Virus record (IMG/VR): IMGVR_UViG_3300018018_000014
Location: 1-43,143 of that record
DNA from: a virus
Lineage: Duplodnaviria > Caudoviricetes
Reading direction: 5' to 3' (one strand)
Length of the DNA: 43,143 nt
Positions 1-9,400 of the stretch are shown in pieces. A program made the position numbers and the translations under genes. Position 1 is the first letter of the stretch; every line of letters starts with the position of its first letter. The notes below the pieces were generated by a model. It ran no database searches. It saw only the letters and a program-made list of their open reading frames with translations, and had not been told where the DNA came from.

Positions 1-543
1 AATCCTAATCTAGATGAACAATACGCCAATTCGATTAGAAAATTGCCCTCCCCAAGACAAATAAGACAGGATTTTTCATTTCAAGAAAGCAAGATTCTTT
101 ATGTAACTCTAGAATATTTATGGAAAAAAATAACCAAACAAGAAATTATACCCGAAAAAGTTATCCACAAGGCCCCAGAAACCCTAGAAGGCTGTTATTG
201 GATGATGGCTAACGGCATATTACTAAAAGGTTTAAATCATTACACTATTGTTAAACAAAACAATATCTTATTCTGTACTTTATTAGATATAGGCGGAATG
301 ACCATGCAGGAGTATCTACATTCCCCACCAGATCAACTAATCAGATTTATTATTAAAAGTGGAGCTCTAAGATTATTTATAGATAAAAATAAAAAATTAT
401 ACGCCCAATGTACGCCTCAAACATATGGTGAATGGGCTAAAGAAAAAATTCAGAAACTTGATTTCCAATTTAAGGCAATGAAAGTAATAGATCTTAAAAT
501 TCCCTATGAAGGTTGGGAAAGTGGAATATTAATCAGGTTATGA
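1..543 (+). CDS. Hypothetical protein, 5'-truncated by the window edge
   Basis: Frame is open from base 1 with no stop before the TTG at 43; TGA stop overlaps the next ATG (ATGA). Confidence 0.75.
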   Translation, partial: NPNLDEQYANSIRKLPSPRQIRQDFSFQESKILYVTLEYLWKKITKQEIIPEKVIHKAPETLEGCYWMMANGILLKGLNHYTIVKQNNILFCTLLDIGGMTMQEYLHSPPDQLIRFIIKSGALRLFIDKNKKLYAQCTPQTYGEWAKEKIQKLDFQFKAMKVIDLKIPYEGWESGILIRL

Positions 544-1361
544 AAATTTATAAAATAGCCGATGCCCCCTTTCAAACTTTTGGCCTAGAAGATATGGTCT
601 ACGATTCTTTTATGCGCCATTATCAAGCCGTTACTAACCCTAAGATGCTGGAGAAAAACCAAAAATTTTTAAATAAAGAAAAGGGTGCTGTAATAGGTTC
701 AATAAATATAAGAAATTACGTAGACAAAATAATAGAACATTATGGCAAACCTAAGTCACCAATTCCATATCAAATGGTTTTATCTATTTTTAGTCCAAAA
801 TCTTCCGAGGGTGAAAAATTTGGAGCTACAATGTCACACGATCAAGGAAGATTTGAATTAGGTATCACATTGCTAAGTCCAAAAATAACAGATATAGACA
901 CTTCTAATCTCAAAGAACGTATAGGACATGAACTAGAACATTTTTTAAAAGCCGTATATCGTGGAACCGCCTCTTATTATAATAAGACAAAAGATTTTCT
1001 AAAAAACCCTATAAACGAAACGGGAAAAGAATATTATTATAATGATCCTCGTGAAATTCAGGCATATAGTAAACAAATAGCATTAGAGCAAATAGCCGAA
1101 CTGGAAAATACGTATAAATTTAGAGTCGAAAATGCACCACGTAAAGCACCAGAAATTATAGCCAACATGGAAAATAACAAGGAAAAAATTACAAAATCAA
1201 TGTTAATTCTAAGGGTTAAAAAATTCTTAAATAAAATAGAAATCGATACAAAGAAACAACTTCTTCCGGAAACAAAAAAAGCATATTATATAGCGACGAT
1301 GAGAGGATTTAGCATGTTATTTAATGAATTTATACAAAGGGCTAAAAATGAACTGGTATAA
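540..1361 (+). CDS. Putative zinc metallopeptidase-like (HExxH) protein with MKIYKIA leader
   Basis: GHELEH motif and downstream YYNDPREIQAY; start reassigned to ATG 540 (ATGA overlap). Confidence 0.6.
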   Translation: MKIYKIADAPFQTFGLEDMVYDSFMRHYQAVTNPKMLEKNQKFLNKEKGAVIGSINIRNYVDKIIEHYGKPKSPIPYQMVLSIFSPKSSEGEKFGATMSHDQGRFELGITLLSPKITDIDTSNLKERIGHELEHFLKAVYRGTASYYNKTKDFLKNPINETGKEYYYNDPREIQAYSKQIALEQIAELENTYKFRVENAPRKAPEIIANMENNKEKITKSMLILRVKKFLNKIEIDTKKQLLPETKKAYYIATMRGFSMLFNEFIQRAKNELV

Positions 1362-1629
1362 AACAGCTAGATATGAAAAAGATTGGAACGTGATTAGGAT
1401 AAAACCTAACCTATTCCAGTTACAATTTAAGGGTATGCCTATCACTGATTTTTATCCTATTGAAAGAGGTAATATTAAGGAGGTAAAAAACTATGGAATG
1501 AATATTTTGAAATTACCCAAAGACATTATTTTGCCTCCAATAATATTTATGTATAGTAGAGCTGTAGATTTTATAACGGGAGAAGGATTAGATGTTTATG
1601 ACAAATGGAGAGAGTCTTTACAAAAATGA
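1348..1629 (+). CDS. Small hypothetical protein with MNWYKTA leader
   Basis: ATG 1348 begins MNWYKTARY and overlaps the previous stop. Confidence 0.75.
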   Translation: MNWYKTARYEKDWNVIRIKPNLFQLQFKGMPITDFYPIERGNIKEVKNYGMNILKLPKDIILPPIIFMYSRAVDFITGEGLDVYDKWRESLQK

Positions 1630-2030
1630 ACTGGTATAAAAAAGCATCAAGAACCTTTAGTGAGCACGTTAGAGATACTATAAACGCAGATCTCAATACC
1701 CCCATTTTTATTACCGAAAATTACGAAATAGTGGATGGCGCTCATAGAACCGCTAAAGCATTTCTATTAAAAAAGAAAATAAATGCTATAATATTAACCA
1801 AAGACGAAATAAATAAAGCCTATCTACCCGAAGATTCTGATTACGTAGGCCAAATTTACCGTGACGAAGATAAAAATGAATATTCTGTTACTAAACTAAT
1901 AGAACTTTATGGCAAAAGAAAAACCATAGCCTTAAACCCTAAGATAATATTAAAACAATCTAAGAACGTATGGGGTAAAAAAGTAAATATTTATGAGGTA
2001 ATGGAAGAAGCTCAAAAAGGTTTAAAATGA
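1626..2030 (+). CDS. ParB/Srx-like domain protein with MNWYKKA leader
   Basis: DLNTPIFI..YEIVDGAHRTAKA resembles the ParBc P-I...IVDGxHR motif; ATGA overlap at 1626. Confidence 0.65.
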   Translation: MNWYKKASRTFSEHVRDTINADLNTPIFITENYEIVDGAHRTAKAFLLKKKINAIILTKDEINKAYLPEDSDYVGQIYRDEDKNEYSVTKLIELYGKRKTIALNPKIILKQSKNVWGKKVNIYEVMEEAQKGLK

Positions 2031-2287
2031 ACTGGTATAAACAGGCACAATATTATTTTCCATATTCCCTAGAAACAATGATTGAAATGAACGGCGAAAA
2101 CGGGCTTGCTGTAGCTAACGTTCTTCCTTGGCATGCAAAAGAAGCAAAAGAAAAAGAAAAATTGGGTATAATAAAAAGAATAGTAAGACAAGATAAGAAA
2201 GGCGAATATCCTGCTTATGTTATGAATAAAGACTATGTACCTGATTTTAATAAGTCAAAAGCCTATATGGAAAATCTTCTAAAATGA
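2027..2287 (+). CDS. Small hypothetical protein with MNWYKQAQ leader
   Basis: ORF coupled by ATGA overlaps on both sides. Confidence 0.75.
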   Translation: MNWYKQAQYYFPYSLETMIEMNGENGLAVANVLPWHAKEAKEKEKLGIIKRIVRQDKKGEYPAYVMNKDYVPDFNKSKAYMENLLK

Positions 2288-2619
2288 ACTGGTATAAACG
2301 AGCACAAAAATTTTCTAAGCCATCCCCCGATTGGTTTGAAAAAGGTGCTATATTCGGCTATACAGAAACCGACAGTTTAAAATCCCAAAGCGTTTACCTT
2401 CCTCCCGAAATTGCCGCCACATGGAATCAAAAGAATGGTATAAATCACGAAGAAGTTTTTGGAATGATGCAAAATTGGGCCATTACAGAAGGAGCTTTTA
2501 CTTGGATATACGACATAGGAAAAAAGAAACTTGATGGTTACGGCTTTGATATAATACCTCATGAAGTCAAATCCGCAGCCCTAGCAGAAGCACAAACAAA
2601 AACAACAGAATTAAAATGA
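2284..2619 (+). CDS. Small hypothetical protein with MNWYKRAQ leader
   Basis: ORF coupled by ATGA overlaps on both sides. Confidence 0.75.
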   Translation: MNWYKRAQKFSKPSPDWFEKGAIFGYTETDSLKSQSVYLPPEIAATWNQKNGINHEEVFGMMQNWAITEGAFTWIYDIGKKKLDGYGFDIIPHEVKSAALAEAQTKTTELK

Positions 2620-3164
2620 ATAATAAAATAACAATAACTAATCTCAAAGACGTAATAAATAACCTTGACTACATAAAAAGAAATAATCTCAATCTCATAT
2701 CAATCAGAGATACCACTCCGGGCGAAACTCAACAAAATTATTACGACATGATAGATAACGCCAATATCACAAACTTATTAGTAGCTAATTTTGATGACCT
2801 TGAACAACCTCCAGATCCCAAATGGCAAAGAAAAGAAAGGCCCCCAGAAGAATATGATGTAGTGCGCATACTCGAATGGACTAAGAAAAAAATGGAAGAA
2901 AATAATAACGAATTCATAGTTCATTGCACTGGAGGCGTTTCTAGAAGTTCCGCAGTAGCTCTGCTTATTAGATATATACAAAATCCCGAAGACGCCCTAA
3001 AGATAATCAATCCAATGATACATAGCCCTAATGAAAGAATACTGGATATTGGCGATAAATTATTTCAAACAAAAAATCTTAAACAACCTACCAAAGATTT
3101 ACTAAAGAAATACGATGATCAATGGATGGAACAATTGGGCAAGGAAAAACCACCAACTTTCTAG
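2616..3164 (+). CDS. Cys-based protein tyrosine/dual-specificity phosphatase family protein
   Basis: P-loop signature VHCTGGVSRSSA (HCxxGxSRS); upstream FDD acidic loop. Confidence 0.85.
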   Translation: MNNKITITNLKDVINNLDYIKRNNLNLISIRDTTPGETQQNYYDMIDNANITNLLVANFDDLEQPPDPKWQRKERPPEEYDVVRILEWTKKKMEENNNEFIVHCTGGVSRSSAVALLIRYIQNPEDALKIINPMIHSPNERILDIGDKLFQTKNLKQPTKDLLKKYDDQWMEQLGKEKPPTF

Positions 3165-3173
3165 AAAGATTAA

Positions 3174-3488
3174 TTACCTAAACCTAAAGACGTAATGGAT
3201 AGCAGAGAAGTAAGCTGCAACGTATGGAATGCCCTTATAAATACAATATTTAAATCTTAGGGCATAATCGTCTTTCATCGCACCAACAACGCCTTCTAGA
3301 TACCTTCTTGTTCTTAAATTAGGTTGCCAATCATTGTTGTCATCCATACAATTAAGTAATTCCATTTGCCAACTATTCTGCTTCACGCTCGTACAATCAA
3401 AAGCAAATTCTAATTGATTCTCTGGATCTGTAATTTGAGGTATCCATCTATTAGCCATGGATTCTTTAGTTATGCGGTAAATCTTCAT
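3174..3488 (-). CDS. Hypothetical protein with MKIYRI leader
   Basis: 104-aa ORF preceded by an AGGA-N16-TAGAA promoter motif. Confidence 0.75.
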   Translation of the reverse strand: MKIYRITKESMANRWIPQITDPENQLEFAFDCTSVKQNSWQMELLNCMDDNNDWQPNLRTRRYLEGVVGAMKDDYALRFKYCIYKGIPYVAAYFSAIHYVFRFR

Positions 3489-3497
3489 ATAAAATAG

Positions 3498-3522
3498 TTC
3501 TATGACAAAATAACTATATCCT
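3498..3522 (-). promoter_or_regulatory. sigmaH-like promoter motif
   Basis: AGGA-N16-TAGAA just upstream of 3488. Confidence 0.65.
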
Positions 3523-4521
3523 TTATATGCTTGCCAATTTTACCTTTAAAGCTTCTGCCTGCTCCTTAGTAAATAATAACATCCTACCGCCGGGACTCTT
3601 GCTACACTCTAATTGGCCTGACTTATAGTAATATTGAGCCATCCATCTCTGCTTATCGTTTTGAACTATATCCGATAAACGAATAAGCCTTACCCACTCA
3701 GGAATGTCAAATTTATAATCATAACAGGATATGGGTGACTTATGACCTATGATATCAAAGAACCTACCTATGGATGCAGCCTTGACTCTTATATCGTTTT
3801 TAGATTCATCCCTAGAACAATCCAAGCCTAAAGATCTTAGTTTAGGCATAAGAATGTTTTCTACTTCATTTACTGAGAAGGCACAAGTAGCAAAACGAAC
3901 TACATATGTATTATACCTTTCAAGATACATTAGGCTACCGTCACCCAAGTACCACAAAAGAATACTAGTAGGAGTTATACGAACATCCGGAGGAACTTTT
4001 TTAGTTTGATTGGGACCAGAATACCATCTTTCTGCTTGATGAACTATATCGGGATGAGTAAGAGTAGTAATATTATATAAATAATTGGGGTGTTTTTCAT
4101 CTATATTTCCCCATTCCCTAAGTTCACTAGGCTGATACATAGAAAAATCAGACATTGCATATTTTGTCCATTCAGGACTAGATGTACCTATTCTAAATCT
4201 AGAGTTACCATATCTATTATTGGCAAAATTTATATTTCCATCTCCTAACAAAAATCCATCTATCCATTCTATAAGAGACTCATTTATATGACTTATATCA
4301 GGATTAAGGGTTGACATTGCCCTTGAAACACTTTCTGATTTATTTCTTACTGGAATATTGTGTCTTATCAACTCTTTATATATAATTGCTGGACTAACAC
4401 TGACTCCAAATAATTCTTGACTTTTTTCAGAAATTTCTGTGGTTGATAGTTTATCATTAATATAACTTTGCCTAAGACTTGCTATTTGGCTTTCGCTATA
4501 TATTTTTGGTTTAACTGGCAT
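3523..4521 (-). CDS. Free-standing LAGLIDADG homing endonuclease
   Basis: Two LAGLIDADG-like motifs (WIDGFLLGDGNI, LLWYLGDGSL); HTH-like segments at both termini. Confidence 0.85.
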   Translation of the reverse strand: MPVKPKIYSESQIASLRQSYINDKLSTTEISEKSQELFGVSVSPAIIYKELIRHNIPVRNKSESVSRAMSTLNPDISHINESLIEWIDGFLLGDGNINFANNRYGNSRFRIGTSSPEWTKYAMSDFSMYQPSELREWGNIDEKHPNYLYNITTLTHPDIVHQAERWYSGPNQTKKVPPDVRITPTSILLWYLGDGSLMYLERYNTYVVRFATCAFSVNEVENILMPKLRSLGLDCSRDESKNDIRVKAASIGRFFDIIGHKSPISCYDYKFDIPEWVRLIRLSDIVQNDKQRWMAQYYYKSGQLECSKSPGGRMLLFTKEQAEALKVKLASI

Positions 4522-4557
4522 TTTACTTCTCCTTTATATATGTTTCTTTATATATAT

Positions 4558-4586
4558 ACTATATCAGTTTTTCTTCTTGTTGTCAA
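4558..4586 (-). promoter_or_regulatory. sigma70/sigmaA-type promoter of the homing endonuclease gene
   Basis: Perfect TTGACA, 17-nt spacer, extended -10 TG-A-TATAGT. Confidence 0.8.
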
Positions 4587-4597
4587 TAGAAATAAAC

Positions 4598-4633
4598 AAA
4601 AAAATACCCTCTGGTTTCCCAGAGGGTATTTTT
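4598..4633 (-). terminator. Intrinsic terminator after the major capsid gene
   Basis: 15-bp stem AAAAATACCCTCTGG/CCAGAGGGTATTTTT, 4-nt loop, U tract. Confidence 0.9.
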
Positions 4634-4652
4634 AAATTCAACCAATACTAAC

Positions 4653-5519
4653 TTACGAACCGGAGGTTACGGTAACCTTAGCAGTTGCGTAATCATTGAT
4701 GACTACAATACCAATTTCCTCATATATTACCCAACCCAAGCGCAACTTTTTGGGATCATCGGCAGGAAGAACTGTGATATCCTGACGAATTGGGAACGCA
4801 CCTACGTACTCTGCAGGGGCGAGAAGTATTACTGTCGCCTTAGGACACTTCGAGCTAACATGAATGTCAGCTGTGAAGAGATGACCAAACAAACCAGTGG
4901 TCAATACTTCTTTCTGAGTTGCTTCATCATATACTGTCTTACCGAAGTTACGAACGTCAGCATAGCGAAGAGCATGCATTACTATCTTACCAACTGTAAG
5001 ATCATGCTGTTCAATTGTAGCAAACGCCTGATTAAGAGCGTTCAAGCTGAGCGCACCACCAGTAGAAATTACAATGTTAGCCGCAGGAATTGCTGCTATA
5101 ATTGCGTTGAAGATGTTTGAATCCTCTTCCTTCTGGATGGCTTCCTTAGCCTTAATCTGAGCTCTGTCTACGATATAGAACCTACGAGCCTTAACTTCTG
5201 ACAAACGAATCTGTGGGTTTGTCGCAATTTCGAATGTGGGAACCAAAATTTCCTCACCTTCGGTAATTCCATCTGGGACTGCTCCCCTACGAGAAATTAC
5301 AAATGCTGTAGCCCTTACGTCTTTTTCGTAACGAGCATAAGCGCCCTGAGGAAGTTCGTCTACCATAAGTAGCTTTCTTCCAACTGCTTGATATTCTAGA
5401 GCCCTACGAATAGGTTCAACCATAGCTTGAGCCAAAGCGACTCTACCTTCGGGTGTATCTAGTGCCTGTGCGATAAGAGCTTCTCTCTCCGCATTTACTG
5501 CCTTTTTATCAATAGCCAT
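4653..5519 (-). CDS. Major capsid protein (HK97 fold, encapsulin-like)
   Basis: 288 aa with PIRRALEYQAVGRKLLMVDELPQG, VPTFEI and C-terminal GWVIYEEIGIVVIN pattern; strong AAGGAG RBS; follows protease and decoration genes. Confidence 0.85.
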   Translation of the reverse strand: MAIDKKAVNAEREALIAQALDTPEGRVALAQAMVEPIRRALEYQAVGRKLLMVDELPQGAYARYEKDVRATAFVISRRGAVPDGITEGEEILVPTFEIATNPQIRLSEVKARRFYIVDRAQIKAKEAIQKEEDSNIFNAIIAAIPAANIVISTGGALSLNALNQAFATIEQHDLTVGKIVMHALRYADVRNFGKTVYDEATQKEVLTTGLFGHLFTADIHVSSKCPKATVILLAPAEYVGAFPIRQDITVLPADDPKKLRLGWVIYEEIGIVVINDYATAKVTVTSGS

Positions 5520-5587
5520 TTTATTATCTCCTTTTAGTGATTTATAGGGTTTTAAGTGCCTATAAAAAAACTTATGTTAATTATTAA

Positions 5588-6154
5588 TTATATGAGCAAT
5601 TTAATTTCAATATACGTGTTACTATTATCGCCGCTGAGTTTCATGTCACCGTTGACAGCAACTCCACCCATTACGGTAGCGTCAACACCGGGTACTCCAG
5701 AGGGGTAACCAGAGGCTGCTTGAAGCAAACGAGCAACAGGATAAGTTGTTGCAGACGCATCTTCTCCAACTGTGTTCAATACGCCAGATCTGGCATACAA
5801 TACCTGCATTACGTTAGCAGTCGTTAAGTTATAAACGTTTACTGCGAACTGATCGGTAGCAAATTCACCACCGCTATGATATACTGTCATTTTAGCAGAA
5901 GCTTTGGTTTCATCGAAATAATCCGACGCCCTGTTCTGCCAGCCATTTGCGATTCCGGGCATAGACGAAGCCGTTGTGCTCTTTGTATCTCCAGCCAATC
6001 CATAAGGAATGGGGAAAGTAGCGCTTTCAAGAACAACTTCTCCAGAAGTATTAAGCGAGACTACCTGTCCCATCTTAATATTACTGTACCCTGCTGTAGT
6101 TATAGCTACTGGTCTTTCTGCAGCAACTACATTAAATTTAGGAATAAGTGCCAT
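5588..6154 (-). CDS. Putative capsid decoration/cement protein
   Basis: Sits between protease/scaffold and MCP; beta-rich, small-residue composition (IKMGQVVSL, SGGEFATDQF); strong RBS. Confidence 0.6.
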   Translation of the reverse strand: MALIPKFNVVAAERPVAITTAGYSNIKMGQVVSLNTSGEVVLESATFPIPYGLAGDTKSTTASSMPGIANGWQNRASDYFDETKASAKMTVYHSGGEFATDQFAVNVYNLTTANVMQVLYARSGVLNTVGEDASATTYPVARLLQAASGYPSGVPGVDATVMGGVAVNGDMKLSGDNSNTYIEIKLLI

Positions 6155-6320
6155 TTTAGTTTCTCCTTTTAGTTTTGTTAATTACTTCCACTAATCGGCA
6201 TTTAAGATTTTTTCGGTTTTATAAAATATTTTTTTATCAGAGGTTTCTTCATTTTTTTATTCTTCTTGATTCAGTCTTAAATTCGTCTTTCTATTTATTG
6301 CCAATTTTATGTTTAAGTTA

Positions 6321-6345
6321 TTCTAGATTGACGGGTTAAATTCCT
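6321..6345 (-). promoter_or_regulatory. sigmaH-like promoter motif for the decoration/MCP operon
   Basis: AGGA-N16-TAGAA. Confidence 0.65.
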
Positions 6346-6372
6346 TCTTTTATTTTAAAGAATCTTTCTCTC

Positions 6373-6412
6373 AAAAAAATAAGCCCCTGACTTTTGATCA
6401 GGGGCTCATTTT
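6373..6412 (-). terminator. Intrinsic terminator after the protease/scaffold gene
   Basis: AGCCCCTGA/TCAGGGGCT 9-bp stem with minus-strand U tract. Confidence 0.8.
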
Positions 6413-6429
6413 ATTTTCTATATATTAGC

Positions 6430-9400
6430 TTATTTCTCACCATAAATAGTCAAATTAGTATCAAAGGACTTGTTGCCAATTGTGAAGTGAGAAGCTAGTT
6501 TCTTGGCCATATCATTAACTGGGTTAGAAACAACCTGCTCCTTAGATTCCATTATAATAGCAGGAACTGAGTGACCTTGAGGGGCCTCAGAAGCCTGTTT
6601 TCTCATAGGATACATATTATCAGCAACCGAAGCGATCTTATCAATTTCAAACTTTGATAGGGCTTCAATTACGTTTTCATATGCGCCTTCAGTTATTCTC
6701 TTAGTAGCAAGCAATTTAGCTGTTACTTCTACGGCTTTCATTCTACGAGCATAAGCAATCCTTTCAAGTTGAACTTCTCTTTGCTGTTTAACCTGCTTAA
6801 GCATTTCATCATTAATTCCGGGCATACCTTTCTGAACGTTCTTCTCATCACCCATATAGGCGTTATCTATTGGAACGTCAGGGCCATCGAGCTTCTTATT
6901 AATTGAAGAATCTGCCTTTGATTCTTCGCCCATATATGCATCCTTACGAGGAACATCGGGTCCCTTGTTAGGTTCATTAATTAATGAGTCTGCCTTGGAT
7001 TCTTCCCCTAACTTTGATTCATTACGAGGAACCTTGGCTTCTACGTCTTTTTCAACGGTATCTACTTCTTTCATCTTTTTAGCTTCCTTAACGGTTTTAT
7101 CATCTTTTGCAATGACAGTACCCTTAATTTCATTATTGATTGCTGGCATACCTTTCTGATTACTCTGTTCGTTTACGCCCATATAAGAGCTGTTTACGGC
7201 AACATCAGGGAGCTTTAATTCTTTATTGATTAAAGAATCTGCTTCTTTCTCTTTGCCCATATAAGCATCTTTTCTAGGAACGTCGGGTTTCTTAAGTTCT
7301 TTATTCATTAGAGAATCGGCTTTAGCTTCTTCCCCAAGTTTTTGATCCTTACGAGGAACCTTGGCTTCTACGTTAACTTCGATATGCTCTACCTTTGTAG
7401 GGGTAGCTGCAATCTTAACAATTTCTTCGCCAATCCTTAATATTTTATGAACCTGCATATTAGCTATAGCCATATCTTTCTCCTCTGTTTTATCTGATTT
7501 AATATCTAAAGACTTAGTATCTGAAGACGCAGCGCCTGAAGATGCTACATCAGAAGGAACTGTATCTACGGACTTAGTATCCGAAGATGCCGCCTCACCG
7601 ATTTCTCCAACTTCTGGCTCTGTTTCAACTTCAATTTCAATAGCTTCAACAGCCTGTTCGACTGCTGCGGCTAATTCCTGAGCTACTTCTTTAGGAACCT
7701 CAATAGACACCTTCTCTTCTGATACTGGTGCCGCTGTTTCTGTTGGAACAACTGTTTCCTTAGGAATACTCATGTCAGCAATATCAAGGTCTTCCTCAAT
7801 TACTTTGGGCTCTTCTTCAGGAGTCACCAATAAATCATTGATGGTATTAAGATCTTGTGCTGTAAGAATTTTTTCTTTGCCAGAAAGAATATCTTCAGTA
7901 AATGCCTGTATAAAGATATTGTCATCTTCTTCGGTAGCAAACGTCTTTTTCATACATTTGCAAGCCATTTCAGCTTCTTTACGTTCAAGCTTTTTCTCTT
8001 TCATTTGATCTTCTACGCATTCATCCATAGGATCTTTCTGCATAGAGACTGAAGCTAATTTTTCAAGATGACGAACCTTTGTCAATGAACCTAATTTTTC
8101 AAGTGTTGCGCATATACAATCAGCTAGAGGTTTGCCTTTGCAGGGACCAAACGTAGCTACTGAATTTCCACCATACTTTTTAGCAACTGCTTCAATGCAA
8201 TTAGCCTTAGGAAATTTAGTAGTACCATTGCTATTGTTACTGCTAGCCTGTTTGATCATACCTTCAATTTTAATCAACGAAGCAAACTTTTTAGCACTTT
8301 CTACGCAACCAGCGCAACCTTCCAGATTAGGGACTAAATCCCATGCAACCCTTAGGTAGTTTTCATCAGGTTTATTAATATTGACAATAACGTCTTTTTC
8401 TACTGCAGTACCACAAGCAGGACATGTAAACTCAGTATGGCCAATTTCATCCTTAGAAGCCTTACATTGTTTCATTCCGCAAGCAGGACATACGAGACCA
8501 TGTTTTTCTTGATTAGAGGCTATTCTCTTGAGAACATCTCCGTTCAACTTGGTCTGAGCAGCCACAGGAAGAGCAGGAACTTCAGGAGCTTCTGGAGCAC
8601 CCGTTGTTTCATCTTTACCTACGCTTCTGGTTGACTTAATTAATGTGAATTTAATGTTCTTTTCAATAAGAGCTTCGTATTCCGCACCGCAAGCATTACA
8701 TTTTCCACCCTTAATAGCTCCGTCTTCTTCCGAAACTTCTACATCAGAGCTACCGCATTCTGGACATGTAGCCCAAGGCGGCTGTTGTTCGCCAGCTGTA
8801 GGAATTTCATCAGACACCTCTTCAGGTTTATCAGTAGTCAAACTCTGAACTGGTGGTTGATCTGTTGGAGGCATACCGGGAATATTTTGCTCTGGAGCAC
8901 CGGGACCACCAGCGCCACCAGCAGGAGCACCGGGTATTCCACCAGCAGCAGGAACCTGAGCTTCCTTCTTCATAGTTTCTTTATTAGAAGCATATCCTGT
9001 AGGAAGACCTGCACCAGCGGGAGCGGGAACAGGAGCACCAGCAGGAGCTGCTGCTGAAGTAGCAGAGGTAGGAGCGCCACCAACTGTACTCTCTAAGTTT
9101 TCTCCGGTTAAATCTCCTTCAGGAAGGGTTTCGCCTTCTGCTGGAGCGGCTTCTCCGCCAACGGGAATTTCTACAGATTCTTCGCCCTCATCAGTCTGAA
9201 CAGCGATAGAAATAGTGTCGCCACTGATTGTTACATTGGTAATTGAAGCTAATTTAATGTTCTGAGAAGCAAGTGCTCCCCTAGCGAAACTTTTGAGGGC
9301 AGACTTAAAATTTGCGTCGGTTTTATTAACTCCTAGTTCTTGAAACGAAGTTTCGATCATATGATCTGCCTTCTTTTCGCTGTTAGATATAGCCTTTTCC

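Larger units (their letters stand above)
1345..2298 (+). repeat. Four identical 18-bp direct repeats AAAATGAACTGGTATAAA at gene junctions
   Basis: Exact copies at 1345-1362, 1623-1640, 2024-2041 and 2281-2298. Confidence 0.95.

Noticed and set aside
1345-2298. 18-bp repeats as a CRISPR array
   Set aside because: Intervals are 257-401 bp protein-coding genes, the repeat is not palindromic and there are no cas genes.
3523-4652. Group I intron hosting the LAGLIDADG ORF
   Set aside because: MCP ends with a complete C-terminus and terminator, the HEG has its own promoter, and there is no room for an intron core.
4653-5519. Cellular encapsulin operon
   Set aside because: Terminase, portal and prohead protease in the same region indicate a phage head module.
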